A DNA stretch of 64,000 nt from Chloroflexota bacterium (lineage in GTDB: Bacteria; Chloroflexota; Anaerolineae; Anaerolineales; Villigracilaceae), in the NCBI GenBank assembly GCA_016191955.1, contig JACPVC010000006.1, forward strand, positions 7,920-71,919, in the 5' to 3' direction. Under the pieces are notes generated by a model. It was not told the origin of the DNA and searched no databases. It saw nothing but the letters and a program-made list of their open reading frames with translations. Both the position numbers and the translations under genes were made by a program. This document shows positions 9,130-21,700 of this stretch, one piece after another. The number at the start of each line of letters is the position of its first letter. Within the stretch, counting starts at the first letter, position 1.

Positions 9130-12100
9130 CTAAATCACATCTTTTCGTTTTTGAAGATATAGAATTGCACCAAACAATAGCATAACGATAAATAACTGCG
9201 CAGCCCATGTAAGGGTAATCTTGGCAAAATAAGCCACTTTATCGTTCTTGTCAACATAAGCGAAACCTGACCCATTGTAGAAGGTTCTGATGACACCTTC
9301 TGCGCCAAAACTTGCCACCTCTAATTGGGCTTTTGCTGACTGATAGGCAGCCAAATCCCTTGTGTATTGGTCGACCTGCTGCTTATACACTTCAACTTCG
9401 ATTTCATACAACTTAAGCTTGGCAAAGAAATCCGCCATGGCGATATTGTCCGATTGGTCCTGGGGTTCCACCGGGCGGACCGGTTCTGGCGGCGGCGGTG
9501 TCGGTTCAACGGGCATGGGTTGGTCAACCAGGTCTATGTGGAATTTTCCCAAGCCCGGTTGATTGCAGGACTCTTTCTTGAGCGCGTTTACACCCAAACA
9601 CTTGCAGTTATTCGCAAGCTTTTCCTCCAGCGTCATGGAATCACGGACATCTGGGGGGAGCGCCCAACAAATATCCGCCGCAACATCAGACCCGGTGCCC
9701 GAGATTGCGATTAACGATTCGAAAGCCCAGCGCGTTGAAAAAGGCGCACTGACAAAACTCGGGACCGGGATCAACGCACCAGCCAAAACGATTTGCGGCA
9801 GCATCAAAATAATGACGAGTAACGGGGCTGAACTTGCATTCGGTGCAAGCGCTGAAGCGAATAACCCAAGCATCATGCCCGCAAAAGTTGCCAGTGTCAT
9901 GGTGATAAATACCTGGAAGAATTCAAGCACGCCTCCCGGCATTTTGAACGAGAAATAATGCATCACCGTGTACACTGCCGCCTGATAGAAAGCCAGCAAG
10001 GCTGCCACCCATATTTTCGAAACAACATAAGGCAGGATCTTAAGGTTGACCAGCCGTTCGCGTTTGTAAATATCCTGTTCCTTGACGATCTCACGCATTT
10101 GCGAAATTCCGCCGACCATAATGCCGTAGATGGTCATTAGGAAAAGGGTGATCATGACCTGAGACATATCCCCATCATAAAAATCAAAAATATTTCTTCC
10201 CATCACCAGGGAGAGGATTACATCCAGCAAACTCACTACCGGTGCAGTTGCCAGCATCAAACCCAGGGCAAAGCGGTCACGAGTTAATATTTTTATGTTG
10301 CGCGCGGAAAGGATGAGGAATTGCCGTAGCGATGAAACTTGTCTGGCATTCCCGGCTTTTTGCGGCAATCTTTCGGGCTGAGGTATGGTCATTGCCCTTT
10401 CTGGAGACGTCTTGCCAGCCAAAGGTTTTGAGACATATTCCACATGGGCTGAGCTTTCGCGATATCGTTTCGCCCACTCTGCAGGATTGCCCTTGCTTGG
10501 ATCATCCAGGATGGCATAGATTTCATCGAACTCGATCTTGCCAGCCCTGCGGGCCCGTTCTGAACGATATTGATCAAAATAGGCCAGTGCTTCATCGGGA
10601 GGACCGAACCATGCCAGAAAACCGCCTCTTGCCAGGAAGATCACCTTATCTGCCAACATTACATTTTTCGTGGCATGGGTGATCAATATGATGGTTCGTC
10701 CCTGGTCTGCCAGACGCCGCATCAATTGCATAAGAGCTGTTTCTGTGCCAGGGTCCAGACCGGACGTGGGTTCATCAAGGAAGAACAGACCGGGCTTGGT
10801 CAACAATTCAACGCCAATGGACACGCGCTTTTGCTGTCCACCGCTTAGACCGCTGATCTGAACATCTTTGCGGTGTGTTAGATCCAGGTCTTCAAGGACT
10901 TCCATAACTCGCGTGTGCCGTTCTTCGGGTGACGTATCCGCAGGCATGCGCAATTGAGCGGCATAATCGAGCGCCTGATAGATTGTCAACTCCATGTGAA
11001 TGATATCTTTTTGGGGTACAAACCCGATCTCATTGCGGATCGCATCGAAATGAGTATATACATCAATGTCGTTGACGTACACCTTCGAAGGAGGTGTTGC
11101 CGGGCGATAGCCCGCAACCGCATCCACGAATGTGGATTTTCCACCGCCGCTTTGCCCAACCACAACGATAAACTCTCTAGGATTAAATGAAGCGTAAATA
11201 TTCTGAAGAATATTTAGATCCTTGCGAACCCACTTGTTCAACCCAATGACATCGACCCGAAGTCCGTTCCCGTCATCGTAACCAGCTAGTTGATCCTTGC
11301 CCATCACAAACCGATATTGCCCGATGCGAATGGAATCATTAGGTTTCAGCCACACCGATCCATCAATGCGTTCTCCATTCACATAGGTTCCGTTGGAACT
11401 GCGCAGGTCTTCCACGCGATAGCGCTGTCCTACTTTTTCGATCTGGGTATGGAATCGGGATACGTTGGGGGAGGGGATCACAACATCGTTGCCGGGGTCG
11501 CGCCCTATCTGAATGAGCGTCTTTTCGCCGAAGACGATATCCCGCTCCACTTGCTGCGACGCCTCACTCGGGGCATTGTACGTTATGGTAACCATAACGC
11601 CGGGGTCCATGCTGCCAATTCTTAGCATGTCGCCGTGACGCAGAACTCGTGAGCCCTCCTCGATAGGGCGCCCTTCAAATTGGACCGGATTTTTTGCTTC
11701 GGGTATCACAACCAACTTGTATCCCCCGCCATTGACCTGCTCGAGCCGTGCGTGCCGGCTTGATACGATCTGTGATGGGATGACAATATCATTGCTTTCA
11801 AGCCGACCAATTGAAAAACTCGAACGGGTTAAGGAATACGTTTGTGTGCTGCTCCCTGCAATGGTGACGATCAGTTGCCGGGGTTCTGCGCTCACCTGCG
11901 GTATGGGTGCTTCTCCAAGAATAGTTTGCATCACATGTGCAGGCTTGGCAGGACCGGAACGCCTCACGGTTTTATTCGATTCTTTAATACCCACTACAGT
12001 AAGATTGGATTCTTCTGTAACTGGTGCGTAATACACCAGATTGATGATTTGCCCCAACCGAATTTTGTCGCCTGATTTTAGTATGCGCTGCTGAACTAGT

Positions 12101-12333
12101 TTTTCCCCGTTGACGTACGTGCCATTACTGCTCCCCAGATCTTCCAGTATATAATTCTCGCCATCCAACAGCAGTCTGGCATGTCGGCGTGACACAGCGG
12201 AGGCAGGGATGGTGACATCCACACTGTCTTCACGACCAATGATGATCTCTGATTTTGTTAGTTCAAAGTCTTTGGAAGGTGTGCTGCTGTGATCATTGAT
12301 AAGGCTTAATTTGAAACTGTTCGATTGGCTCAA
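9130..12333 (-). CDS. FHA-domain ABC transporter (Rv1747-like: 3 FHA + ATPase + ABC-2 permease)
   Basis: TTG start with SD AAAGGA. FHA motifs GR..SRRHA..DLGSSNGT, GR..SSRHA (degenerate) and GR..SRFH..DLRSSNGT; Walker A GQSGGGKS, LSGGQQKR, FLDEPTSGLD; C-terminal TM segments. Confidence 0.93.
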   Translation of the reverse strand: MSQSNSFKLSLINDHSSTPSKDFELTKSEIIIGREDSVDVTIPASAVSRRHARLLLDGENYILEDLGSSNGTYVNGEKLVQQRILKSGDKIRLGQIINLVYYAPVTEESNLTVVGIKESNKTVRRSGPAKPAHVMQTILGEAPIPQVSAEPRQLIVTIAGSSTQTYSLTRSSFSIGRLESNDIVIPSQIVSSRHARLEQVNGGGYKLVVIPEAKNPVQFEGRPIEEGSRVLRHGDMLRIGSMDPGVMVTITYNAPSEASQQVERDIVFGEKTLIQIGRDPGNDVVIPSPNVSRFHTQIEKVGQRYRVEDLRSSNGTYVNGERIDGSVWLKPNDSIRIGQYRFVMGKDQLAGYDDGNGLRVDVIGLNKWVRKDLNILQNIYASFNPREFIVVVGQSGGGKSTFVDAVAGYRPATPPSKVYVNDIDVYTHFDAIRNEIGFVPQKDIIHMELTIYQALDYAAQLRMPADTSPEERHTRVMEVLEDLDLTHRKDVQISGLSGGQQKRVSIGVELLTKPGLFFLDEPTSGLDPGTETALMQLMRRLADQGRTIILITHATKNVMLADKVIFLARGGFLAWFGPPDEALAYFDQYRSERARRAGKIEFDEIYAILDDPSKGNPAEWAKRYRESSAHVEYVSKPLAGKTSPERAMTIPQPERLPQKAGNARQVSSLRQFLILSARNIKILTRDRFALGLMLATAPVVSLLDVILSLVMGRNIFDFYDGDMSQVMITLFLMTIYGIMVGGISQMREIVKEQDIYKRERLVNLKILPYVVSKIWVAALLAFYQAAVYTVMHYFSFKMPGGVLEFFQVFITMTLATFAGMMLGLFASALAPNASSAPLLVIILMLPQIVLAGALIPVPSFVSAPFSTRWAFESLIAISGTGSDVAADICWALPPDVRDSMTLEEKLANNCKCLGVNALKKESCNQPGLGKFHIDLVDQPMPVEPTPPPPEPVRPVEPQDQSDNIAMADFFAKLKLYEIEVEVYKQQVDQYTRDLAAYQSAKAQLEVASFGAEGVIRTFYNGSGFAYVDKNDKVAYFAKITLTWAAQLFIVMLLFGAILYLQKRKDVI

Positions 12334-12700
12334 GTGGGTATTCCTTTCTTACAGACTTTCAGCACAGTTTCGAAAATTATTGGGGCTAAATCCGATGTTG
12401 CGTGAGATTTAGTACAAAAATAAGACAACTCAGACAAGATTATACCTTTTTCTTAAAATGCATGTCAACCTACTAATGGGGGATTAGGAAAAGCCATCGA
12501 AATAATCGTGTTTGTTTACACTTGCTTTACTAAAAAAGACTGGCAGCCTTCTCGACCAGTTTGAAACATCCAGAATTATTTAAATTTGAACGTCGAAAAA
12601 TTCGCCCTACTGATGGGCTATGTTATCTGGAACGATAAGTGTGTTACGCTTGGTTTTTATGATATAAATTTAAAAGCCTGTTTATTAATGGTGAAAATTT

Positions 12701-15700
12701 ATGATGAGATCGTCTGCGCTTTCCCCTAATATATCTCACGAAAAAAACACACTGGTTCGTGTTCTACGGTGGCGGGCAGACTTGCACCCTGAGACACTGG
12801 CTTTCAGGTTTTTGCAGGATGATGAATCTGAAAACATCACCATTAACTTTGGAGAACTTGATCGCCGGGCGCGGGCTATTGGCGCGTGGCTTGAAAGTTT
12901 CAACGCAAAAGGGGAACGTGCGCTTCTGCTCTATCCGCCTGGTTTGGATTACATTGCCGCTTTCATGGGCTGTTTATATGCTGGCGTAACAGCCGTCCCT
13001 GCATATCCGCCTCGTCTTAACCGCCCCGTGCCGCGCATCCAATCCATCGTTGACGACTCGCATGCGTCCTTTGCGCTTACTACGACAACCATCCTCTCGA
13101 ACATCGAAAAACGCTTCGAACATGCTCCAGACTTGAAAGCGCTTCATTGGTTAAACACCGAACAGGTACCGGCGGGGTTGGGAGCGGATTGGCGCGATCC
13201 CAATGTCTCGCCCGATACGCTGGCATTCCTTCAATATACATCCGGTTCCACCAGCCAACCAAAAGGGGTCATGCTCAGCCACGGCAACCTGATGCACAAC
13301 CTCGAAGCCATCAGCCGCGGGTTCCATATTGACTCGACCGTGATGGGAATTTTCTGGCTGCCAAGTTATCACGACATGGGGTTGATCGGCGGAATCCTGG
13401 AGCCGATGTATTTGGGCGGGGCAACGACTTTGATGTCGCCGCCATCATTCTTGCAGCGTCCGGTGCGCTGGCTTGAAGCCATCACTCGTTATCGCGGCAA
13501 TACATGCGGCGCGCCCAATTTCGCTTATGACCTATGTGTTGATAAAGTCACGCCTGAACAAAAGGAAACGCTGGATCTGAGTTCGTGGACTCTGGCGTTT
13601 TGCGGAGCCGAACCGATTCGACCTGAGACGTTGGAACGCTTCGCGCGCGCCTTTGCCGGGTGCGGCTTCCGAAAGGCTTCTTTCTACCCTTGTTATGGCA
13701 TGGCAGAAAGTGCGTTGATCGTCTCCGGTGCGGACGGTCCGTCTGAACCGCGGACGTTTACGGTTGATCGTAAATCGCTGGAAAGCGACCTTGTGGTTCC
13801 TTCCTCAGCAAATGAAGAAGGTTCCGTGACCATGGTGAACTGTGGTCCACCGGTCATTGACCAGAAGATCATCATTGTTAACTCAACCACCTTGCTGCAA
13901 TGTGAATCAAATCAAGTTGGCGAAATTTGGGTGGCTGGTCCGAGTGTGGCACAGGGATATTGGGGCTTGGAAGAGGAATCTCGCAGAACGTTTCAGGCAT
14001 ATGTGGCGGATACCGGCGAAGGTCCCTTTCTTCGCACGGGTGATCTTGGCTTCCTGCAAAACGGTGAACTCTTTGTCACAGGTCGTTTGAAAGACTTGAT
14101 CATCATTCATGGCAGCAATCACTATCCCCAGGATATTGAACTGACAGTCGAGACTTGTCACCCTGCTTTGCAACCTGCTGGTGGGGCAGCGTTCTCCATC
14201 ACGGGAGAGGGCAAAGAACAACTCGTCATCGTTCAAGAGGTCACACGCCAAAACAGACAGGCTGATATTAATGAAGTCGCCGGGGCAATTCGTCAGGCAG
14301 TGGCAGACAAGCATGACTTGCAGATCTTCGCCATCGTGTTGATCAAGCCGATGAGCATTCCCAAAACATCCAGTGGAAAGATACAACGCCGCGCTTGTAA
14401 AACAGCATTTCTAAATGGCGAGTTGGAAATTGTCGGTGAATGGCGGGCGAAGGCACCCTCATCCCCAGCCCTTCCCCCAAAGGGGGAAGGGAGTCGTTCC
14501 CCTCGCCCTTTGGGAGAGGGGCTAGGGGAAGTGCCCCGAAGGGGTATGAGGGCGGATGTCATTCAAGCCTGGCTGGTGACTCGCATTGCCTCCATCTTGG
14601 AAATGGACGCTACATCCATCGATCCTCGTCAGCCGTTTACATATTATGGTTTAGGTTCTGTTCAAGCCGTCAGCCTCACAGGAGACTTGGAAGATCTGCT
14701 AGGTCGCAAACTCGCACCCACTCTCGCGTGGGATTACCCAACCATCGAGTTATTGGCGAACCATCTTGCAAATGATTCTCAGCCTACAAAAACAATATCA
14801 GCACTCTCCTCAAGCCAACCTTCATCATTTACCAGAGAACCGATTGCCATTATTGGGATGAGTTGTCGCTTTCCTAAAGCGGCAAGTCTGGGTGCATTTT
14901 GGGATTTGCTCCGAAACGGAGTCGATGCCATCAGTGAGGTCCCTGTGGATCGTTGGAATGTGGATGCTTTTTATTCATCCGATTTTGCCACGCCTGGAAA
15001 AGTCACTTCTCGTTGGGGCGGGTTCCTTGAAAATGTGGATTTGTTTGATACGCATTTCTTTGGAATTTCTCCTCGTGAAGCAACGCGCATGGACCCACAA
15101 CAACGCCTCTTACTTGAAGTGAGCTGGGAGGCGCTTGAGAATGCATTCATCCCACCTGCATCATTAGCGGGGACTCGCACAGGTGTATTTGTAGGCATCA
15201 GCAGCAATGATTATTCACGTTTGCAATTTGATGATGCCGAAAAAATTGACGCCTACGCGGGGACAGGTAACGCCCATAGCATTGCAGCAAATCGCCTGTC
15301 ATATTTCTATGACTTGCGCGGACCCAGCATGGCAATTGATACCGCTTGTTCATCATCATTAGTGGCGGCGCATCTGGCGTGTCAAAGTCTCCAGAACGGC
15401 GAATCAGATTTGGGCGTGGTCGGGGGCGTGAACTTAATCCTCACTCCCGAATTGACCATCACGTTCTCCCAAGCGCGAATGCTCTCTCCTGATGGTCGTT
15501 GCAAAACATTCGATGCAAGCGCGGATGGATACGTGCGCGGCGAAGGCTGCGGGGTCATTATTTTGAAGCGCATGTCCGATGCGATCCGCGATGGCGATAA
15601 CATTCTGGCGTTGATTCGCGGCTCGGCGGTGAATCAAGATGGACGCAGCAATGGCTTGACCGCCCCGAACGGGCTTGCTCAACAAGATGTCATTCGGCAG

Positions 15701-18700
15701 GCGTTGGCGAATGCACAGGTCGCGCCGCATCAGATCGGTTATGTGGAAGCGCATGGCACGGGCACGCCGCTCGGTGACCCGATTGAGATGTCGTCGTTGC
15801 ATGCGGTTCTTGATGATGGGCAGGCGAATGGCAAGGTGCTGGTCGGTTCGGTAAAAACGAATATCGGTCATCTTGAGTCTGCGGCGGGAATTGCCGGGCT
15901 GATCAAATCGGTGCTTGCGATGCAGCACGAAGCCATTCCGCCTCACCTTCATTTAAAAGAAGTCAATCCATATCTCTCCCTGGAAAACTCACGGCTTGAA
16001 ATTGGAACCTACCTCCGTCCGTGGAAGCGCCGCGAGCAACCGCGCTTTGCTGGCGTGAGTTCATTTGGCTTTGGCGGCACAAACGCACACATCATTCTTT
16101 CCGATGCGCCGTTTGTCACCCTGAGCGATAGCGCATCGTCCTCGAAGGGGAAAGGGTCTCCACCCCAAGAACGTGAGAGCGAGCGTCCACGGCATTTGCT
16201 GACTTTATCTGCCAAAACTGAAAAAGCTTTAGAAGAATTAACTTTATCTTTTAGCGAAGCAATACATAATAAACAATATGTACTATCTGATCTTGCTTTC
16301 ACATCTAACTCCACTCGCAGTCACTTCGAACATCGCCTTGCCGTGCAAGCCTCTTCAAAAGAAGAGATACTCAAAAGGCTGGATGACTACCTCAACAAAT
16401 CTGAGGTATCTGTTGTTTTAACGGGTCACGCAAAACCGGGCGCGCAGCCCAAGATCGCTTTCCTGTTCACGGGGCAAGGCGCGCAATATACAGGTATGGG
16501 ACGTCAGCTTTATGAAACGCAGCCCGTCTTCCGCGCGGCGCTGGATCAGTGTGCGGATATTCTGAGCTCCATTTTGGATCGCCCATTGTTGGATGTAATG
16601 TATCCGCAAGATAAAAATGATACGTTACTCAATCAAACCACCTACACCCAGCCCGCGCTCTTCGCTTTCGAATACGCGTTAGCTATGCTGTGGCGCTCCT
16701 GGGGTTTTGAGCCGCAAGCGGTGCTTGGACATAGTGTCGGTGAATATGTTGCTGCATGTATCGCTGGCGTCTTCACGCTGGAAGATGGTCTGCGCCTGAT
16801 TGCCGAACGCGCGCGCTTGATGGGCAGCCTTCCAAACAACGGAAGCATGGCGGCGGTCTTCGCGGATGCTTCGCGCGTGGCAGATGCCTTGAAGCCGTAT
16901 CAAGCTCAAGTTTCCATCGCTGCTGTGAATGGCCCCGATAACACGGTCATCTCTGGTGAGAAATTCGCCGTGCAAAATATTTTGGATGCGCTGACCAAAC
17001 TTGGCATTTCGTCCAAACCGCTCACGGTTTCACATGCGTTTCATTCCCCGCTGATGGATCCGATTCTAGATGACTTTGAATCAGCCGCGCGTCGCACAGA
17101 ATTCTCCACTCCTCGCATCTCCCTCGTCTCCAACCTGACTGGCGATATTCTCGATCAACTCCCCGACGCGTCCTACTGGCGGAAGCACATCCGCGCGGAA
17201 GTGAAATTTGCCGAAGGGATGCAGTCTCTCGCCAACCTCGGTATCGATGCCTTCATTGAAATTGGTCCCAGCCCCACATTGTTGAGCATGGGCAAACGCT
17301 GCCTGCCAGAATCCAAAGCCGCGTGGCTGCCATCCTTGCGTCAGGGACAGGACGATTGGCAGATCATTTTAGACAGCCTCGGCAAACTCTACACCCAGGG
17401 CGCGAATGTAAATTGGGCTGGCTTCGATCAAGGCTACTCACGCCAAAAAGTTTCCCTGCCCAATTATCCATTTGACCGTCAACGTTATTGGTTTGAGTCC
17501 GCTGCGAAGAAGTTTGTGGTTTCAGAAGAACCTCAGGTAATGGCAACTGCAAAGGTTCACCCTGAAAAAAATAATGGCAAGACTCCAAGCCACCAGAAAG
17601 CGCCAAAGGCAAAAGAACTTCCTGCGAATGACCTGGATCGCGCTCTTCTATTAAATACGGAACAAGCGAAACGCCAGCATGTTCTGGAAGATTTCATCCA
17701 ACGAAACGCCGCTCGTGTATTGGGCATGGATGCCGTCCGCCTTAAGCTCGATCAATCGCTGGATACAGTGGGGCTCGATTCGTTGATGGCAATTGAACTC
17801 AAGAATTCGCTTGAATCCAAACTGGGAATTAATCTTTCGATTGCCAGTCTGCTTCAAGGTCCGACGATCTCGAGTCTCGCCAGGGAAATGCTTGGGGAAC
17901 TGGATTCTCCTGAGGCTTCGAATGAGGCGCCGCTTGTCATCGCACAAGAACCTACAGACGAGAGTCCGCTTTCGTATGGGCAGCAGGCGCTTTGGTTCCT
18001 GCATCAACTTTTGCCTGAAGATAATTCTTTCAACGTGGCGGGAGCAGTTCGTATTCTTGGCGAATTGGATGTGGCTGCGCTTGACCATGCCCTTATGCAG
18101 GTAGCCGCTCGCCACGAAGCATTGCGCAGCACCTTCCATGTCGTGGATGGAGAGCCAGTTCAGCGCGTTCATGAAACCGCAAGCGTTAAGATACAGATCA
18201 TAGATGCATCGGTTATTGGATTAGAAGAGTTGCGTAGCAGACTCGCCATCGAGGCGCATCGTTCATTCGACCTGGAAAATGAGCCAGCTTTACGCGTGCT
18301 GTTATTTAGGACGAAAGAAAATTCTGAAAATATCCTTCTGCTTTCGATGGACCACATCGTCACCGATTTTTGGTCGATGACGATATTTGTGCGTGAACTG
18401 CTTGCGACTTATGAAGCGAATAAGTCTGGCAAGCCTATCGAATTGCCGCAGCTTCAAGCTCGCTACTCAGACTTTGTCCGCTGGCAGGCAACGATGTTGG
18501 AGAGTCCGCGCGGGGAGAAGCTTTGGGAGTATTGGCAGAATAAACTTTCTGGCGAGCTGCCCGCCTTGAACCTGCCGACGGACCGTCCGCGCAAGGCGAT
18601 GCAGACCTACCGAGGCGACTCTGAACATATATTTATGGATGGTGACTTGTACAAGGGGCTGAAATCCCTTGCACAGGAAAACGGCTCAACTTTATTCATG

Positions 18701-21700
18701 ACTCTGCTAGCCGCCTTCCAAACTTTGTTGCATCGTTATTCAAATCAAGAAGATTTTGTGGTTGGGTCTGTCACCGCGGGACGAAGCCATTCAGAATTGA
18801 CCGACCTGATCGGTTACTTTATCAACCCGATCGCATTGCGCGCGGACTTTTCCGGCACGCCCACATTTCAAGAGATCCTTCAGCGCGTCCGTCAGACGAC
18901 ACTTGGCGCGTTTGAACATCAAGATTATCCGCCCGCGCTGCTTTCCAAGCTTTTGGGATTGCAACGTGATTCCAGCCGCCCGCCGTTGTTTGAAACCATG
19001 TTCATTTTGCAAAAAGCGCAGGAAGCGGAAGTGCAGGCACTCAGTCCATTTGCGCTGGGAATCGACGGCGCACGCATGCAGATGAATGAACTGGTCATTG
19101 AATCCATCGCCTTAAAAGGCGAACCCGCGCAATTCGACCTAACCATGATGATGGCAGAATCAGACGATGGTCTGGCGGCGGCTCTTCAATACAATACCGA
19201 TCTATTTGACTCTGCGACAATCCGGCGTATGCTGGGGCATTTCCACGCTTTGTTGCGGGATATTGTCTCCAACCCGTTGAAACCCATATCGTCCTATAAC
19301 TTGTTGAGCGAGTCGGAGCGAGAACAAATCCTCATCGCGTGGAATGAGACTCAAACAGATTATCCGCGCGAGCTTTGCATTCATGACTTGTTTCAAGAGC
19401 AGGTAAAACGCACACCAAATGCAGTCGCTGTGCAATTTGAAGATCAGAGTCTTACGTATAAAGAACTGGATAAGCGAGCTGACGAGCTCTCAAGAATCCT
19501 GATCAGTCAGGGAGTGAAACCAGGGATGCTGGTCGGTATCTATATGAAGCGTTCACTCGATATGATGGTTGGTTTGCTAGGCGTCCTCAAGGCTGGCGGC
19601 GCATACTTGCCTTTGGATCCTTCATTCCCATCCGAGCGACTTGCATTCATGCTGGAGGATTCTGAAGCTTCTTTTCTTTTAACACAAACCAGCCTTCAAT
19701 CGAACATGCCGGAGCATAAGGCTCACGTCATTTATTTGGATGCGCTTGAGCAAGTGGCTTTGCAAAGAAGAAAGCGACGCCCTGAGTTTATCGAAGGGAA
19801 GAAAGAAGCCAAATCTAGTGACCTTGCCTATGTAATCTACACGTCTGGTTCCACGGGAAAGCCAAAGGGAGTTCAGATACACCATCAGGCGGTGGTTAAT
19901 TTCCTGTGTGCAATGCGGCAGAGTTTAAAGATCAGTGCAGAGGATACGCTTCTGGCGGTCACTACGCTTTCATTTGACATTGCGGTATTGGAATTGTTGC
20001 TGCCGCTGATAGTGGGAGCGCGGGTGGTGGTTGCCAGTTCTGAGACGGTTGCAGATGGAACACTTCTGGCTGATGCCTTGATTAAATCAAATGCAACCGT
20101 GATGCAGGCGACACCCGCCAGCTGGAGGTCCTTGCTTGAGACGGGCTGGAAAGGGAAAGCAGACCTCAAGATCCTGTGCGGCGGCGAAGCGCTGGTCTCC
20201 GACCTGTCGGAGCGGTTGTTGGAACGCGGCGCGGAATTGTGGAATCTCTATGGTCCAACCGAGACCACAATCTGGTCTACGCTGTATCAAGTTACATCGA
20301 ATGAAGCGCATGGAATTTCCAATTCCATTCCTGTTGGCAGACCGATCGCAAATACGCAGATATATATTTTGGATTCCGATCTGCAGCCAGTTCCTGTGGG
20401 TGTGATCGGTGACCTCTACATCGGCGGGGATGGGGTCAGCCGCGGATATTTGAATCGCCCCGAATTAACCGCCGAACGGTTTATTTCAAATCCATTTGGT
20501 GCATCTTCCATGATCTACAAAACAGGCGATATTGCTCGCTACCTTTCAGATGGAAATATTGAATTCTTCGGGCGCAGTGACCAGCAAGTGAAAGTCCGTG
20601 GCTTCCGTATAGAGACGGGAGAAATTGAAGTTCGTCTGGCGAGTCATCCATCCGTGCGACAAGCTGTCGTGGGGGTTTGGAAGGAAAAGACTTCAGAGGC
20701 GAGTCTGGTTGCTTATGTTGTACCCGCTTTGGCTGGGAATGAAGCGGATGCTCATCAATTACGCGAGTTTCTGCGTCAGGCGCTTCCTGAATATATGGTC
20801 CCGTCTATTTTTGTGAATATCGAATCACTGCCATTGACTCCAAATGGAAAAGTGGACCGCAAAGCGTTGCCGCAGCCGATACCGGCGCGGCCTGATCTTC
20901 GTTTGCCGTATGTCGCGCCGCGCACGTCGTTGGAAAGAGAACTGGCGCAGATTTGTGCAGAAGTGCTTGGGCTCGAAACTTCAAACGGTCATTTCGCGGT
21001 TGGTGTGCATGATAACTTTTTTGACCTGGGTGGTCATTCGTTATTGGGAACGCGGCTGGTCTTTAAGCTGCGTGAAAAATATAAACTTGAATCTGCGCAT
21101 CTGCCTTTGCGGGCGTTATTCGAACAACCGACCGTTGCCAACCTGGCGAGGATCATTGACGTGGCGATAAAAGGGGAAGGCGAAGTGGTGTATGCAAGCC
21201 GCGGCAATTTTATTCAGAGCGGGCAATTAAGTTTGGAGAAATTGGCAGCGGAAGCGCAGCTTGCCCCGGACATTATTGCGAACGGTCTTGTTTACAATCA
21301 TATCGACGAACCGAAACATATTTTGCTCACTGGTGCAACTGGCTTCGTTGGAGCGTTCCTGCTGCATGACCTGCTCAGGAGGACATCTGCAGATGTGCAT
21401 TGTTTGTTGCGCGCTGAAGATGTTGAGATGGGCATCCAGCGTTTGAAGCGCAACTTGAATAATTATTTATTGTGGGACGATGCGTTCGCGGATCGCGTCA
21501 AGCCCATATTGGGTGATTTGGGTGAACCTCGACTGGGTATTACAGATGAAGGCTTCGAACAACTTACCCGTGAGATAGATGTGATCTATCACAATGGTGC
21601 ATTGGTTAACTTTGTTTATCCATATCACGCGCATAAGGCATCCAACGTGCTAGGGACGCAGGAAGTTTTGCGGCTTGCAAGCCGGATAAAACTAAAGCCG

